Below, in pieces: positions 52,075-62,545 of a DNA stretch of 64,000 nucleotides (position 1 is the stretch's first letter; each line of letters opens with the position of its first letter). The DNA is from a bacterium (GTDB lineage: Bacteria; ARS69). The DNA lies in NCBI GenBank assembly GCA_046330135.1, contig JAXLTI010000003.1, positions 1,128,221-1,192,220 on the forward strand. The letters run 5' to 3'. The translations under genes were made by a program, and so were the position numbers. A model generated the notes under the pieces. That model made no database searches. It was not told the origin of the DNA and saw only the letters and a program-made list of their open reading frames with translations.

Positions 52075-53982
52075 GTGAGCACCACGAGCCTCACGAGCCG
52101 CGACGAGGCGGCCGGTCCCGCCTCCGTAACGCTCGGGCGCGCCGCGCTCGCGCTCGCTGCCCTGGGCGTGGTCTTCGGCGACATCGGCACGAGTCCCCTC
52201 TATGCCCTGCGAGAGTGCTTTCGGGGGTCGCATGCGCCGCCGCTCGGGCCGGACGCCGTGCTCGGCATCCTCTCGCTCCTCCTCTGGTCCCTGCTCGTGA
52301 TCGTGGCCGGCAAGTACGTGTCGCTGGTCATGCGCGTCGACAATCGCGGGGAAGGGGGGATCCTGGCCCTGCTCGCGGTCCTGCGCGCCAGCCCCCTTCG
52401 GGGTCGGCGGCGCCGGATGCTTCTCGCGCTGGCGCTGTTCGGCGGCGCTCTCCTCTATGGGGACGGGGTGATCACGCCGGCGATCTCGGTGCTGAGCGCG
52501 GTGGAGGGCGTCTCGCATGCAGCGCCCGAGCTGTCCGTGCTGGTCCTGCCGCTCACGTTCGCGATCCTCCTCGGGCTCTTCGCCGTCCAGTCCCGGGGGA
52601 CGGCGCGCGTGGGGATGCTGTTCGGTCCCGTCATCCTGATCTGGTTCATCACCATCGCGGCGCTGGGCGTCGCGTCGATCGTTCGCGAGCCGACCGTGCT
52701 GCGTGCCTTCGACCCGCGTCACGCGGTGGCGTTCCTCCTGGACCGCGGCCCCGCCGGCTTCTTCGTGCTCGGCGCCGTGCTCCTGGCGGTCACCGGCGCC
52801 GAGGCCCTCTACGCGGACATGGGGCACTTCGGGCCGAGCCCCATCCGTCGGTCCTGGTTCGCGATCGTCCTGCCCGCGCTGACGTTGAACTACCTGGGCC
52901 AGGGCGCCCTGCTCCTGCGGGAGCCTTCGGCGGTCGAGAACCCGTTCTACCGCATGGTGCCTCACCTGGCGCTCGTCCCGGTCGTGATCGTCGCGACGGC
53001 GGCGACCGTCATCGCGTCCCAGGCCCTGATCTCGGGCACCTTCTCCCTGACCAGTCAGGCGGTACAGCTCGGGTACTGCCCGCGGCTCTCGATTCTCCAC
53101 ACGTCGGCGACGGTGCGCGGGCAGATCTACGTTCCGGCGATCAACTGGGCGATGATGGTCGCGTGCGTAGCGCTCGTCGCCTTCTTCCGCTCGTCGTCCG
53201 GCCTGGCGGCGGCGTACGGGGTCGCCGTCGCGTCGACGATGCTGATCACCACGATCCTCATCTTCTTCGTGGTCCGCTCCCGCTTCGGCTGGCCGCTCGG
53301 CGCGGCCGTCGTCCTCTTCGCGGTGCTGCTCACCGTGGACCTCGCGTTCTTCGGGGCGAGCCTCGCCAAGGTCCCGAGCGGCGGGTGGATCCCGCTGGCG
53401 CTCGCCGGCGCGGTCTACGTCGTCATGAGCACGTGGAGCGACGGGAGAACCGCGCTCGCCCGCGCGCTGCGCGACGACGGCATTTCGTTGGAGCGGACGC
53501 TGGAGAACATCCGCCGCAGCCGTCCCACGCGCGTGCCCGGCACGGCGGTCTTCCTGATGCGCTCGCCGGACGCGATGCCGATCGTCCTGCTCCATCACCT
53601 GAAGCACAACAAGGTGCTCCACGAGCGGGTGATTCTGCTGACCATGCTGACGGAGGAGGTTCCCTACGGACCGGGGGAGCGCATCACCATCCGGGAGCTC
53701 GGCGACGGCTTCTGGCGCGTCGTGGCGCGGTACGGATTCATGGAGAACCCGAGGGTGCCGGAGGTGATGGATCTCTGCCGCGCGCACGGGGTCCCGTTCG
53801 AGCCGATGGACACCACGTTCGTCCTGGGCCGCGAGACGCTGCTGACCGGGGGGCGCTCGCCGTTGCCGCGATGGCGGAAGGCGCTCTTCGCGTTCCTGTC
53901 ACGCAACGCCATCCCGGCCACGCGGTTCTTCGAGCTGCCGCCCAACCGCGTGATCGAGCTGGGCCGCCAGGTCGAGCTCTAG
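52075..53982 (+). CDS. kup: Potassium uptake protein Kup (KUP/HAK/KT family)
   Basis: GVVFGDIGTSPLYAL signature. 12 TM helices plus a cytoplasmic C-terminal domain. Confidence 0.85.
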   Translation: MSTTSLTSRDEAAGPASVTLGRAALALAALGVVFGDIGTSPLYALRECFRGSHAPPLGPDAVLGILSLLLWSLLVIVAGKYVSLVMRVDNRGEGGILALLAVLRASPLRGRRRRMLLALALFGGALLYGDGVITPAISVLSAVEGVSHAAPELSVLVLPLTFAILLGLFAVQSRGTARVGMLFGPVILIWFITIAALGVASIVREPTVLRAFDPRHAVAFLLDRGPAGFFVLGAVLLAVTGAEALYADMGHFGPSPIRRSWFAIVLPALTLNYLGQGALLLREPSAVENPFYRMVPHLALVPVVIVATAATVIASQALISGTFSLTSQAVQLGYCPRLSILHTSATVRGQIYVPAINWAMMVACVALVAFFRSSSGLAAAYGVAVASTMLITTILIFFVVRSRFGWPLGAAVVLFAVLLTVDLAFFGASLAKVPSGGWIPLALAGAVYVVMSTWSDGRTALARALRDDGISLERTLENIRRSRPTRVPGTAVFLMRSPDAMPIVLLHHLKHNKVLHERVILLTMLTEEVPYGPGERITIRELGDGFWRVVARYGFMENPRVPEVMDLCRAHGVPFEPMDTTFVLGRETLLTGGRSPLPRWRKALFAFLSRNAIPATRFFELPPNRVIELGRQVEL

Positions 53983-54039
53983 CGCATCCGCCCAGCCCCG
54001 GCTTCCCGGCGGCTTCTCCGCTTCGCGCGCGTGGGGGTT

Positions 54040-54190
54040 CGCCCCGCTCCGGCCTCCCGAACGGCTTCTCCGCATCGGACGGGAGCCCTCCGCCGTCCCG
54101 GCTCCGGTCTCCCTCGGCTCTCCGTCGCCTCCGCCCTCCGTGGCTGCGGCTCCTCCGAGACGCCGCTGCGGAGAAGCCGTTCGGGAACCC
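54040..54190. repeat. Dispersed intergenic repeat element, copy C (bounded by an 18-bp inverted repeat)
   Basis: CCCGAACGGCTTCTCCGC ... GCGGAGAAGCCGTTCGGG flank a core (CTCCGCATCGGACGGGAGCCCTCCGCCGTCCCGGCTCCGG) homologous to copy A. Confidence 0.45.
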
Positions 54191-54469
54191 GGATCGTATC
54201 CCCAGCTCGCGCGACGTCCGGGTCGCCGAGTTCGCGCGGCCCGGGCGGCTCACCCGACTCCCCCGAGCTCCCGCGCTCGCGCCGTCCCGTCTCTGCGCGC
54301 ACGCCCCCCGGCGTGCCGCGTGTTGGGATAGCGAGGCAAGCCCGCCGAGCTCGACCCTTCCTCCGAGGCGGCGTCACGAGCCGCGCTCGGCCATGGATGG
54401 CCGAGCGCCTGCCGAGTGCCGAGGCCAAGGCCGGGGCATGGATGCCCCGGCCGCGCCGTCCGCAGCGGA

Positions 54470-54580
54470 GGAAGGGTCGAGCTCGGCGGGCGGGCGAACG
54501 CCCCTTGCGCGAACACCCCGAGCTCGGCGGCGGGCGAACGCCCCCTGCGCGAACCCGTCGACTCGGCGGGCGGGCGTGTG
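54470..54580. repeat. About 40-nt tandem direct repeat, 2.5 copies
   Basis: GCTCGGCGGGCGGGCGAACGCCCCTTGCGCGAACACCCCGA repeated, with a few substitutions. Lies in the convergent intergenic region between kup and the PDZ gene. Confidence 0.5.
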
Positions 54581-55054
54581 CTACTTCGCGGCGGCGACCT
54601 CGGCGGAGACGTGCTCGAGCATGTGCTGGCCGATGTAGCGGGCCAGAACGTCGGCGGGCATGGCGGCGAGCGTGATGGTCACGTCGCGCTTCTCGCCCTC
54701 GCGGCGCATGGTCCAGGTCACGGACTGCCCCGGCTTGGACGCGGCGCGAGCGGAGGAGAGCTTCTCCTGGTTGCCTTCCTGCAGCGGGATGCCGTTGATC
54801 GCCACGAGGATGTCGCCCGGCTGGATGCCGGCCTTCTGGGCGGGGCTTCCGTCGATGATCTTGACCACGGTCAGCGGTCCGTACTTGGCGTCGTCCCCCT
54901 GGAGCTCCACACCCACCCAGCCGGAGTCCTTCATCTTGGTCGCCATGTAGTCCAAGCACTCCTGGGTGGAGCGCGTGCACTTCGCTCCGGAGCCGGCCCA
55001 CGCGCTCGTCGCCACGAGCAGCGCGACCGCCGCGCCGGACAGGAATCGACTCAT
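54581..55054 (-). CDS. Periplasmic PDZ-domain protein
   Basis: Signal peptide. PDZ domain (GVELQGDDAKYGPLTVVKIIDGSPAQKAGIQPGDILVAINGIPL). Confidence 0.65.
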   Translation of the reverse strand: MSRFLSGAAVALLVATSAWAGSGAKCTRSTQECLDYMATKMKDSGWVGVELQGDDAKYGPLTVVKIIDGSPAQKAGIQPGDILVAINGIPLQEGNQEKLSSARAASKPGQSVTWTMRREGEKRDVTITLAAMPADVLARYIGQHMLEHVSAEVAAAK

Positions 55055-55335
55055 CGGGATCTCCTTTCAGGCGTCCGAGCCGCCCGCCGCCTCGCGGCGC
55101 CGCCCGGCTTCGTACGAGGTCGGCAGGCGCGTGGAGGCTTCGCCCCGGCCCGGAGACGTCGTCGGCCTCCGCTCTCCAGCCGAAGGGCTACCGGTGCAAT
55201 CTAGGCGAAAAAACCCTCGCGAGTCGTCCGCTCCACCGTAAACGTTTGTCCCAGTTGTCAACGTCGTGTAAAGGCGTTCCTCGCCGACCCGCCCGCCGCG
55301 ACCCCGCGCCCATCCCGGGCTAGAATGAGCCCGAC

Positions 55336-56970
55336 GTGCCTATGTCGCCGACCCCCTCCTCGCCTCGCCGCCGGTCCCTCGCGATCGGCTTCGTCGCGGC
55401 GGCCGTGCCCCTTCTCCTCCTGCTCGGCCTCCAGTGGGTCTGGCTCGACCGCCTCGAGGGCACCACACGGATCGCCCGGGAGGCGGCGCGCCGCAACGTC
55501 GAGGACGCCATCTCGGGCGCCGTGGAGTCGTTCTACCGGGAGACGGCCCAGCAGGCTCTCGCGCCGCCCCCGGGCTCGCCGCGCCGGCAGCTGCGGGAGG
55601 AGTTCACGCGCCACTGGTCGCGACGCCCCGTGGAGGGGGCGCGCGCGCTGTTCCTCGTGGATTACGAGACCGAGCCCTTCGGCAACGTGCTCCGCTGGGA
55701 TAGCGCGACGAGCTCGCTCGTCTCGCCGCCCGCTTCCGACGAAGCGCTCGCGATCATCGTGGCGTGCACGCCCTGGCAGGTCGCGAGCTATCACCGGCGT
55801 GCCGTGGAGATGGCCGCGCCGCTCGTGGACGAGCGGGACCCGCAGCATCGCATCATCCTCCTTCCCCTGCTCGACGAGGAGTCGCACGTGCTCGCCGTGT
55901 CGGGCATGGTGCTGGACGAGGAGTACTTCACGGACCGGCTGGTCCCGCGCGTGGTGGCCGACGCCCGCACCGAGGGGTTGGCGGTGGAGGTGCGCGACGT
56001 CCACGGCCACGCGGCGTTCTCCGCCGGCCGTCCGGGGAGCCCTCCCGCCGCCGCGCGCCGCCTCTCGTGGGTGTACACCGACTGGACGCTCACGGTGTCG
56101 AACGCGTCGGGCGGGGCGGAGCGCTGGGCGCGGGCGAGCTTCGCGTTCAACATGTCGCTCGCCGTCCTCCTCGCCGCGGCGCTGCTCGGCGGGATCCTCT
56201 TCGCGCTGCGCGCTGCGAGCCGCGCGGTGCAGCTCTCGGACATGAAGTCCGACTTCGTGTCGAACGTCTCCCACGAGCTGCGCACCCCGCTCGCTTCGAT
56301 TCGCGCATTCGGGGAGCTGCTGCGCCTCGGGCGCGCGTCGCCCGAGAAGGTCCGCGAGTACGGCGCTCACATCGAGAACGAGAGCCGGCGCCTCTCGGGC
56401 CTCATCGACAACCTGCTGGACTTCTCGCGCATCGAGTCCGGCCGGAAGGAGTACGGGTTCGTCCCGGCGCGCCTCGAGGACGTCGTGACGAAGGCGATCG
56501 AGGCGTTCGAGGTGCGCACGCGCGACGCCGGCTTCCGGATCGAGTACCTGGCGCCGGGGTCGCCCTTGCCCGAGCTGGTGATCGATCCCGATGCGGTCGG
56601 TCAGGCCGTGCACAACCTGCTCGACAACGCCGTGAAGTACTCGGGAGAGTCGCGGCGGATCGAGGTGGCCCTCGGCGTCGACGGCGCGTGGGCGGTCTGT
56701 GCCGTGCGCGACTGGGGCGTCGGCATTCCACGGGAGGAGCAACGCCGAGTGTTCGAGCGATTCCACCGCGTCGGCTCGGTCCTCGTGCACGACGTCAAGG
56801 GAGCGGGCCTGGGTCTCTCCATCGTGCAGCACGTGGTGCGCGCGCACGGCGGCGAGGCCTGGATCGAGAGCGAGCCGGGGCAAGGAACGACCGTGCGGCT
56901 GCGCCTGCCGCTCGGAGGGGCGCGCCCGGCGCCGGCGACCACCGATGCGTCGGCGGGGGCAGGGAGGTGA
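55336..56970 (+). CDS. Sensor histidine kinase (two TM, HAMP-less periplasmic sensor, HisKA, HATPase_c)
   Basis: H-box SHELRTPL. N, G1 and G2 boxes (NLLDNAVKYS, DWGVGIP, GAGLGLSIV). Confidence 0.85.
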   Translation: MPMSPTPSSPRRRSLAIGFVAAAVPLLLLLGLQWVWLDRLEGTTRIAREAARRNVEDAISGAVESFYRETAQQALAPPPGSPRRQLREEFTRHWSRRPVEGARALFLVDYETEPFGNVLRWDSATSSLVSPPASDEALAIIVACTPWQVASYHRRAVEMAAPLVDERDPQHRIILLPLLDEESHVLAVSGMVLDEEYFTDRLVPRVVADARTEGLAVEVRDVHGHAAFSAGRPGSPPAAARRLSWVYTDWTLTVSNASGGAERWARASFAFNMSLAVLLAAALLGGILFALRAASRAVQLSDMKSDFVSNVSHELRTPLASIRAFGELLRLGRASPEKVREYGAHIENESRRLSGLIDNLLDFSRIESGRKEYGFVPARLEDVVTKAIEAFEVRTRDAGFRIEYLAPGSPLPELVIDPDAVGQAVHNLLDNAVKYSGESRRIEVALGVDGAWAVCAVRDWGVGIPREEQRRVFERFHRVGSVLVHDVKGAGLGLSIVQHVVRAHGGEAWIESEPGQGTTVRLRLPLGGARPAPATTDASAGAGR

Positions 56971-56974
56971 CGCG

Positions 56975-57655
56975 ATGCCGAAGGTCTTGATCGTCGAGGA
57001 CGAGGAGGCGATGGCCCTCGCGCTGAAGGACGGCTTCACGTTCGAAGGCTACGAGGTGGTCGTGGCGCGCGACGGCGTCGCCGGTCTCGAGCTGGCGCGC
57101 TCCGCCCGCCCCGACCTCCTGATCCTCGACGTCATGCTGCCGCGGCTCTCCGGCCACGACGTCTGCCGCGAGATCCGGCGCGGCGGCAGCCGCCTGCCGA
57201 TCATCATGCTGACCGCGCGCGGCCAGGAGATCGACAAGGTGCTCGGCCTGAAGCTCGGCGCGGACGACTACGTGACGAAGCCCTTCGGCTTCCTGGAGCT
57301 CGCCGCCCGCGCGGAGGCGCTGTTGCGACGCGCGTCCGGCGGCGTGCCCGGCGCAGAGGAGTACCGCTTCGGCGACGTGGTCGTGCACTTCGGTCGCGCC
57401 GAGGCGCGCAAGGGCGATCGGGACCTGCCGCTCACGGCGCGCGAGCTGCGGCTCTTGCGCTTCTTCCTGGAGAACCGCGGGCGCGTCGTGACGCGCGAGC
57501 GGCTGCTCGACGAGGTCTGGGGCTACGAGCAGACGCCCTTCACGCGCACCGTGGACATGCACGTCGCGAAGCTCCGCAAGAAGATCGAGGACGATCCCGC
57601 GCAGCCGCGCTTCCTCCTCACCGTCCACGGCCTCGGCTACAAGTTCGTCGACTGA
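56975..57655 (+). CDS. OmpR-family response regulator
   Basis: REC domain (LIVEDEE...DLLILDVMLP). Winged-helix trans_reg_C (LTARELRLLRFFLENRGRVVTRERLLDEVWG). The track ORF starts upstream inside the kinase gene, which is an artifact. Confidence 0.85.
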   Translation: MPKVLIVEDEEAMALALKDGFTFEGYEVVVARDGVAGLELARSARPDLLILDVMLPRLSGHDVCREIRRGGSRLPIIMLTARGQEIDKVLGLKLGADDYVTKPFGFLELAARAEALLRRASGGVPGAEEYRFGDVVVHFGRAEARKGDRDLPLTARELRLLRFFLENRGRVVTRERLLDEVWGYEQTPFTRTVDMHVAKLRKKIEDDPAQPRFLLTVHGLGYKFVD

Positions 57656-57659
57656 CAGT

Positions 57660-58046
57660 TCCTGCACGCGATGAGCGCGTCGTCGGCTCGGCGGCGCGTG
57701 CTTCCGCATCGAACGGGCGCCCTACGGCGTCCAGCCTCCGGACGCCGCGTGTCAGCCGTCTCGCGACGGGTCCCGGAGCGACTCCGCGCCCGCAGGTCTC
57801 GACCGCCACGACCCGGCATCAGTCTCGCCTCGGGGCCGGCCTCTTCGACGCGGCTTCGCGGAGTCGCCGGAGCCACGGATGGCGGAGGCGACGGAGCGGG
57901 AGGGCGCTGCGGCCAGACGGCTGACCCGTCCGAGGCGAAGAGGCCGGCCCCGAGGCGAGACGGGCGACCCCCGACGCGGCTCCGAGGCGAGACGGGCGAC
58001 CCCCGACCCGGCTCCGAGCGCGTGGCCTCGAGGCGAGACGGACCAG
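57660..58046. repeat. Dispersed intergenic repeat element, copy B, plus about 33-nt tandem repeats at its 3' end
   Basis: 5' core GCGTCGTCGGCTCGGCGGCGCGTGCTTCCGCATCGAACGG is identical to copy A. The 3' end holds 2.5 copies of CCGAGGCGAGACGGGCGACCCCCGAC(G/C)CGGCT, a motif also present once at the 3' end of copy A. Confidence 0.5.
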
Positions 58047-58047
58047 C

Positions 58048-59841
58048 CTACGGGTGCAGCGGCCAGAGGACGGGGATGAGGAGGCTGCCGACGATCCAGA
58101 AGAGGATCGCGAGGGGGAGGCCGGCGCGCACGAAGTCCATGAAGCGGTAGCCGCCCGCGCCGTAGACCATCAGGTTCGTCTGGTAGCCGACCGGCGTGGC
58201 GAACGCCATCGACGATCCGAACATGATCGAGAGGAGGAGCGGCCAGGGGCTCACGCCGAGGTGCGTCGCCGTGGCCAGCGCGATCGGCGAGAGGAGGACC
58301 GCGCAGGCCGCGTTCGAGATGAACGACGTGAGGATCGTAGCGCCGGCGAACATCACGGGCACGACGGCGGCGGGGCCCAGGGCGGCGGCGGCGTGACCGA
58401 TGCCGGCCGCGATCATGTCATCCACGCCGGACTTCTCGATCGCGGCGCCGAGCGGGAACATCCCGCCGAGCAGGAAGATCACCATCCAGTCGATCGACTC
58501 GTGCGCCTCCTTCACGTGGAGGCAGCCGGTCAGGACCATCGCGAGCGATCCGAGGAGCGCGGCGGGGAGGATCGGCAGCAGCCCGCTCCCGGACGAGACG
58601 ATGACGAGTCCCATGATCACCGCGGCCGCGACGGCGTGACCGCGGCGCACCTGCGGAACGGACACCTCGCGCAGCACGATGAAGTCCGGATGCTCGGCGT
58701 AGCCCTCGATCGCGTCGCGCCGTCCCTGCAGGAGCAGCGTATCGCCCGCCTCGAGCGGCGTGTCCACGATCCCCGACGTGAGCGTCTTGCCGTGCTTCCG
58801 CAGCGCGAGGACGAAGACCCCGTAGCGACGCCGGAAGTCCGCGTCGCGGATCGAGCTGCCGATCAGCTCGGACCCCGGTGGCACGAGCGCTTCGGAGATG
58901 GCGGTGGCCTCCGACGCGAGGTCGCGGTCGGCGAAGCGACGCTCGCCCGCGGGCGTCAGCCCCAGCTCCTTGAGGCGGAGGATCTCGTGGGCGTCGCCGC
59001 GCACCAGGAGGCGATCCTCGGGGAGCAGGCGGGTGTCGCGAATTCCGAACCAGCGCTCCTCGTCCCCGCGCGCGATCTGCAGGACGTCGATTCCGTAGCG
59101 CTCGCGCAGGCGCGTCTCGAGCGGCGACTGGCCGATCAGCGGCGATCCCGGACGCACGACGAGCGTCGAGAGGTAGTTCGACAAGCGGTACTTTTGCGTC
59201 AACCCCGTGGTGTCGTCGTTGGCGGGGAGGAGCCGCCGCGCGATCAGCGTCACGTAGGCCAGCGAGAGCAGGAGGAACACGAAACCCAGCGGCGCCGGCG
59301 CGAACAGCGGCAGGGCGCCGAGCCCGTGCGTGGCCGCGAATTGCGCCACGACGACGTTCGTCGACGTGCCGATGACCGTGACGGTACCGCCCGCCATCGC
59401 CATGAACGAGAGCGGCATCATCGTGTGCGAGACGGGGACCTTGCACTCGCGGGACAGGGCGAGCGTGATCGGGAGGAAGACGGCCACCGTGGCCGTGTTG
59501 CTGACGAACGAAGAGACGAGACCCACGGTGAGCATGAGGAGGGCGATGGCGAGCCACGCCTTGCCGCCGGCGAGCCCCACGATCCCGCGCGTGAGGTGGT
59601 TGACCACGCCGGTGCGCGTGAGCCCCGCGCCGAGGATGAACATGGCGGCGATCGTGACGGTCGCGGGGTGGCTGAATCCGGAGAGCGCCTCGGTCACGTC
59701 GGGGAAGGCCGGGCGGAACAGGCCGACGACCATGAGGAGCGACAGCACGACGATCGCGACCACGTCGGCGCGGAGCTTCTCGAGTCCGAAGAGCACCAGC
59801 GTCACGACGACGATGAGGATGACGAGGACGGCGTCGAGCAA
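58048..59841 (-). CDS. DASS/SLC13-family anion transporter with two internal RCK_C (TrkA-C) domains
   Basis: Duplicated transmembrane halves flank two TrkA-C-like cytoplasmic domains. Confidence 0.7.
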   Translation of the reverse strand: MLDAVLVILIVVVTLVLFGLEKLRADVVAIVVLSLLMVVGLFRPAFPDVTEALSGFSHPATVTIAAMFILGAGLTRTGVVNHLTRGIVGLAGGKAWLAIALLMLTVGLVSSFVSNTATVAVFLPITLALSRECKVPVSHTMMPLSFMAMAGGTVTVIGTSTNVVVAQFAATHGLGALPLFAPAPLGFVFLLLSLAYVTLIARRLLPANDDTTGLTQKYRLSNYLSTLVVRPGSPLIGQSPLETRLRERYGIDVLQIARGDEERWFGIRDTRLLPEDRLLVRGDAHEILRLKELGLTPAGERRFADRDLASEATAISEALVPPGSELIGSSIRDADFRRRYGVFVLALRKHGKTLTSGIVDTPLEAGDTLLLQGRRDAIEGYAEHPDFIVLREVSVPQVRRGHAVAAAVIMGLVIVSSGSGLLPILPAALLGSLAMVLTGCLHVKEAHESIDWMVIFLLGGMFPLGAAIEKSGVDDMIAAGIGHAAAALGPAAVVPVMFAGATILTSFISNAACAVLLSPIALATATHLGVSPWPLLLSIMFGSSMAFATPVGYQTNLMVYGAGGYRFMDFVRAGLPLAILFWIVGSLLIPVLWPLHP

Positions 59842-59862
59842 ACTCGCTCCCGGGTCTTGGGA

Positions 59863-61270
59863 TCAGCCGCGGCGCGCGGCGGAATCTTCCGCCAGCGCTG
59901 CGAGCATCTCGTCGATGGAGAGGAAGCGCTCGCGGATCTTCCCCAGGGCGCGGCCGCGCTCCTCCTCCAGGCGATCCAGGCGCTTCCAGTCGTCGAAGGT
60001 CACGAAGCGCACGCCGCGCCGGCCGAGGAGCTCCGGGAGGGCGCTCGGCTCCGCGGGGGCCGCGCCGGTGACGCCGTCCGGCAAATCCGACGACATGAGG
60101 GCCACGGTGGCCGCGGAGTCGCCCTTGTTCGTGCCGATCAATCCCGACGGCCCGCGCTTCGCCCAGCCAACGACGTACTCGCCGGCGCGCGCCGGCCCGC
60201 CGGCGGCCTCGGTGACGCGCCCGTCGAGGTTGGCGACGATGCCGCGGCGCTCGTCGAACGGAACGCCCGGCACGGCCACGCCGTGGTAGCCGATCGCGCG
60301 GAACACGAGGCCCACCGGGAGCACGCGCCGCTCGCCGGTGCCCTTCGCGCGAACGCCCCGCTCGTCGCGGACGAGCTCGTTCCGCTCGACCTCCACTCCG
60401 CTCACGCGTCCCGCGCTCTCGATCAGCCGCACCGGGGACGCGCAGAAGAGGAGCCGGATCTTCCGCGGCGCCCCGCGCTCCCCTTCGGCCACCTTCTTCT
60501 CGAGGTACTCGAGATTCTTGCGGGCGTTCGTGTCGTCCTCGATCTCGCGCCGCGTGGCGTCGTCGATGGGGAGCTGCGCGGGGTCCACCACGAGGTCGAC
60601 CCCCTCGAGCGTGCCCAGCTCCTCGATCTCCTTCGGCGAGAAGGCCGCCTGGGCCGCGCCGCGACGTCCGATGACCCAGACCTCGCGCACGCCGCTCCTG
60701 CGGAGGGCGGCGAGCGCGTAGTCCGTGATGTCCGAGTCCGCGAGCTCCTCCGGGTCCCGCGCGAGGATCCGCGCGACGTCCATCGCCACGTTGCCGACGC
60801 CGAACACCGCGGCCCCCCTCACGGAGAGGTCGTAGACCCCTTCGCGATGGTCCGGATGCCCGTTGTACCAGCCGACGAACTCCGTGGCGCTGTGGCTCCC
60901 CGCCAGGTCCTCGCCCGGCACGCCCAGCCGGCGATCCGTCTCCGCGCCCATGGCGTACACGATCTGGTCGTACAGGCCGCGGAGATCGTTCACCGAGACG
61001 TCGGCGCCCAGGCGGACGTTGCCGAAGAAGCGAAACGCGGGGTTCGCCGCGGTCTTCTCGTAGACCTTGATCACCGATTTCATCTTCTGGTGATCGGGGG
61101 CGACTCCGTAGCGCACGAGCCCGTAGGGGGTGGGCAGCCGATCCAGGACGTCCACGCGGACGGCCAAGTCCTTCTCGCGGAAGAGGGCCTCCGCGGCGTA
61201 GAAGCCGGCGGGCCCGGAGCCCACGATGGCGACTCGGAGCGGGCGCTCGGGGCTGCCTGGGCCGGTCTTC
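59863..61270 (-). CDS. FprA/adrenodoxin-reductase-like NADPH:ferredoxin oxidoreductase
   Basis: FAD dinucleotide motif VAIVGSGPAGFYAAEAL. NADPH motif AAVFGVGNVAMDVARIL. Start (about 61270) chosen upstream of RPLRVAIVGSG. The track ORF extends further. Confidence 0.6.
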
Positions 61271-61618
61271 ACGGGTCGGGGGCCTCCGCTGAGCCTCGAT
61301 TTCTGGAAACGCCCCTCGTATATTGGGGCAGCTTCGTCCCGGAAGCGAAGGGCCAGCCCTCGTTTCCGAGCGGTCCGCCCCGCGGTCTCGCCCCCGCCGA
61401 GCCGAGCCGCGCCGAGCCTACCGGAAAGGCGCCCACGTGTCGAACGAGCGCCGCCCCGGTGGCCACCGAAGTGACCGGGGGCAGGGAGGCTCCATGGGCT
61501 TCCGCAGGGCCGTCGGCACGCTCGGCGAGCTCGCGCCCCCCCCGGCGTCGCTCCTCGCAGATCGTCCACGGAATCTCCGCGTCCCGGCTGGTCCGCCCCT
61601 CGAGGAGGAGGAAGCTCC

Positions 61619-62494
61619 ATGAACCAAACGGTCATGCGCCTCCAGGACTACGACATCGAGACGCGCTACCGCGCCGTGGTCGTGTCCAGCGAACGGATCA
61701 CTTCCGACGAATCCGACGAGGACGTGCGCGAGCTCGTCCTCGACATCGATCGCCCGGATTTCCCGTACGAGCTCGGCCAGAGCATCGCGGCGATCGTGCC
61801 CACCGGCCCTCCGCTCGAGGCGAAGCAGCAGGTGCGCCTCTACAGCGTCGCCGATCTGCCCGAGAGGAACCCGGCGGGCCGCCCGCGCATCAAGATCGCG
61901 GTGCGCCGCTGCTTCACCATCGACGAGCGCACCGGCGCGCGGCGCCCCGGCCTGGTCTCGAACTACCTGTGCGATCTCCGGCCCGGCCACACGATCGAGG
62001 TCTGCGGCCCCTTCGGGATCCCGTTCGAAGTGCCGCAGGAGCCCGAGGCCACGCTCATCCTCATCGCCACGGGCACCGGCATCGCGCCGTTCCGCGCGTT
62101 CGTGAAGCACATCTATCGCAACGTGCCGGGATGGAAGGGGAAGGTCTGGCTCTTCTACGGCGGGAAGACGGGACTGGATCTCCTGTACATGAACGACAAG
62201 AACGACGACTTCGCGCAGTATTGCGACGAGGAGACGTTCGAGGCGTTCAAGGCGCTGAGTCCGCGTCCGGCGTGGTCCGACCCGATCGCGTGGGACCACG
62301 TCATCGCGCAGCGCTCGGACCAGCTCTGGGAGATGCTGTCGAGCCCGACGACGCGCGTGTACGTCGCCGGGCTGGAGCAGATGCGCGACGAGCTCGACCT
62401 GGTCTTCTCGGCCGTCGCCGGGGCCAAGGAGTCCTGGCAGCGCCGCAAGGCGGAGCTCATGGATGCCGGGCGCTGGGTGGAGCTCCTGTACTGA
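61619..62494 (+). CDS. Plant-type ferredoxin-NADP+ reductase (FNR family)
   Basis: RLYSVAD FAD-binding motif. GTGIAPFRAF NADP motif. C-terminal aromatic Tyr. Confidence 0.75.
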   Translation: MNQTVMRLQDYDIETRYRAVVVSSERITSDESDEDVRELVLDIDRPDFPYELGQSIAAIVPTGPPLEAKQQVRLYSVADLPERNPAGRPRIKIAVRRCFTIDERTGARRPGLVSNYLCDLRPGHTIEVCGPFGIPFEVPQEPEATLILIATGTGIAPFRAFVKHIYRNVPGWKGKVWLFYGGKTGLDLLYMNDKNDDFAQYCDEETFEAFKALSPRPAWSDPIAWDHVIAQRSDQLWEMLSSPTTRVYVAGLEQMRDELDLVFSAVAGAKESWQRRKAELMDAGRWVELLY

Positions 62495-62545
62495 CGCTCG
62501 TTCCGCGGCGATGCGCTGCGCCGCGGGAGCCGAAGGAGGCTCATC

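Noticed and set aside
54470-54580. CRISPR array
   Set aside because: Only 2.5 directly abutting repeat units with no unique spacers and no cas genes nearby. It is a simple tandem repeat.
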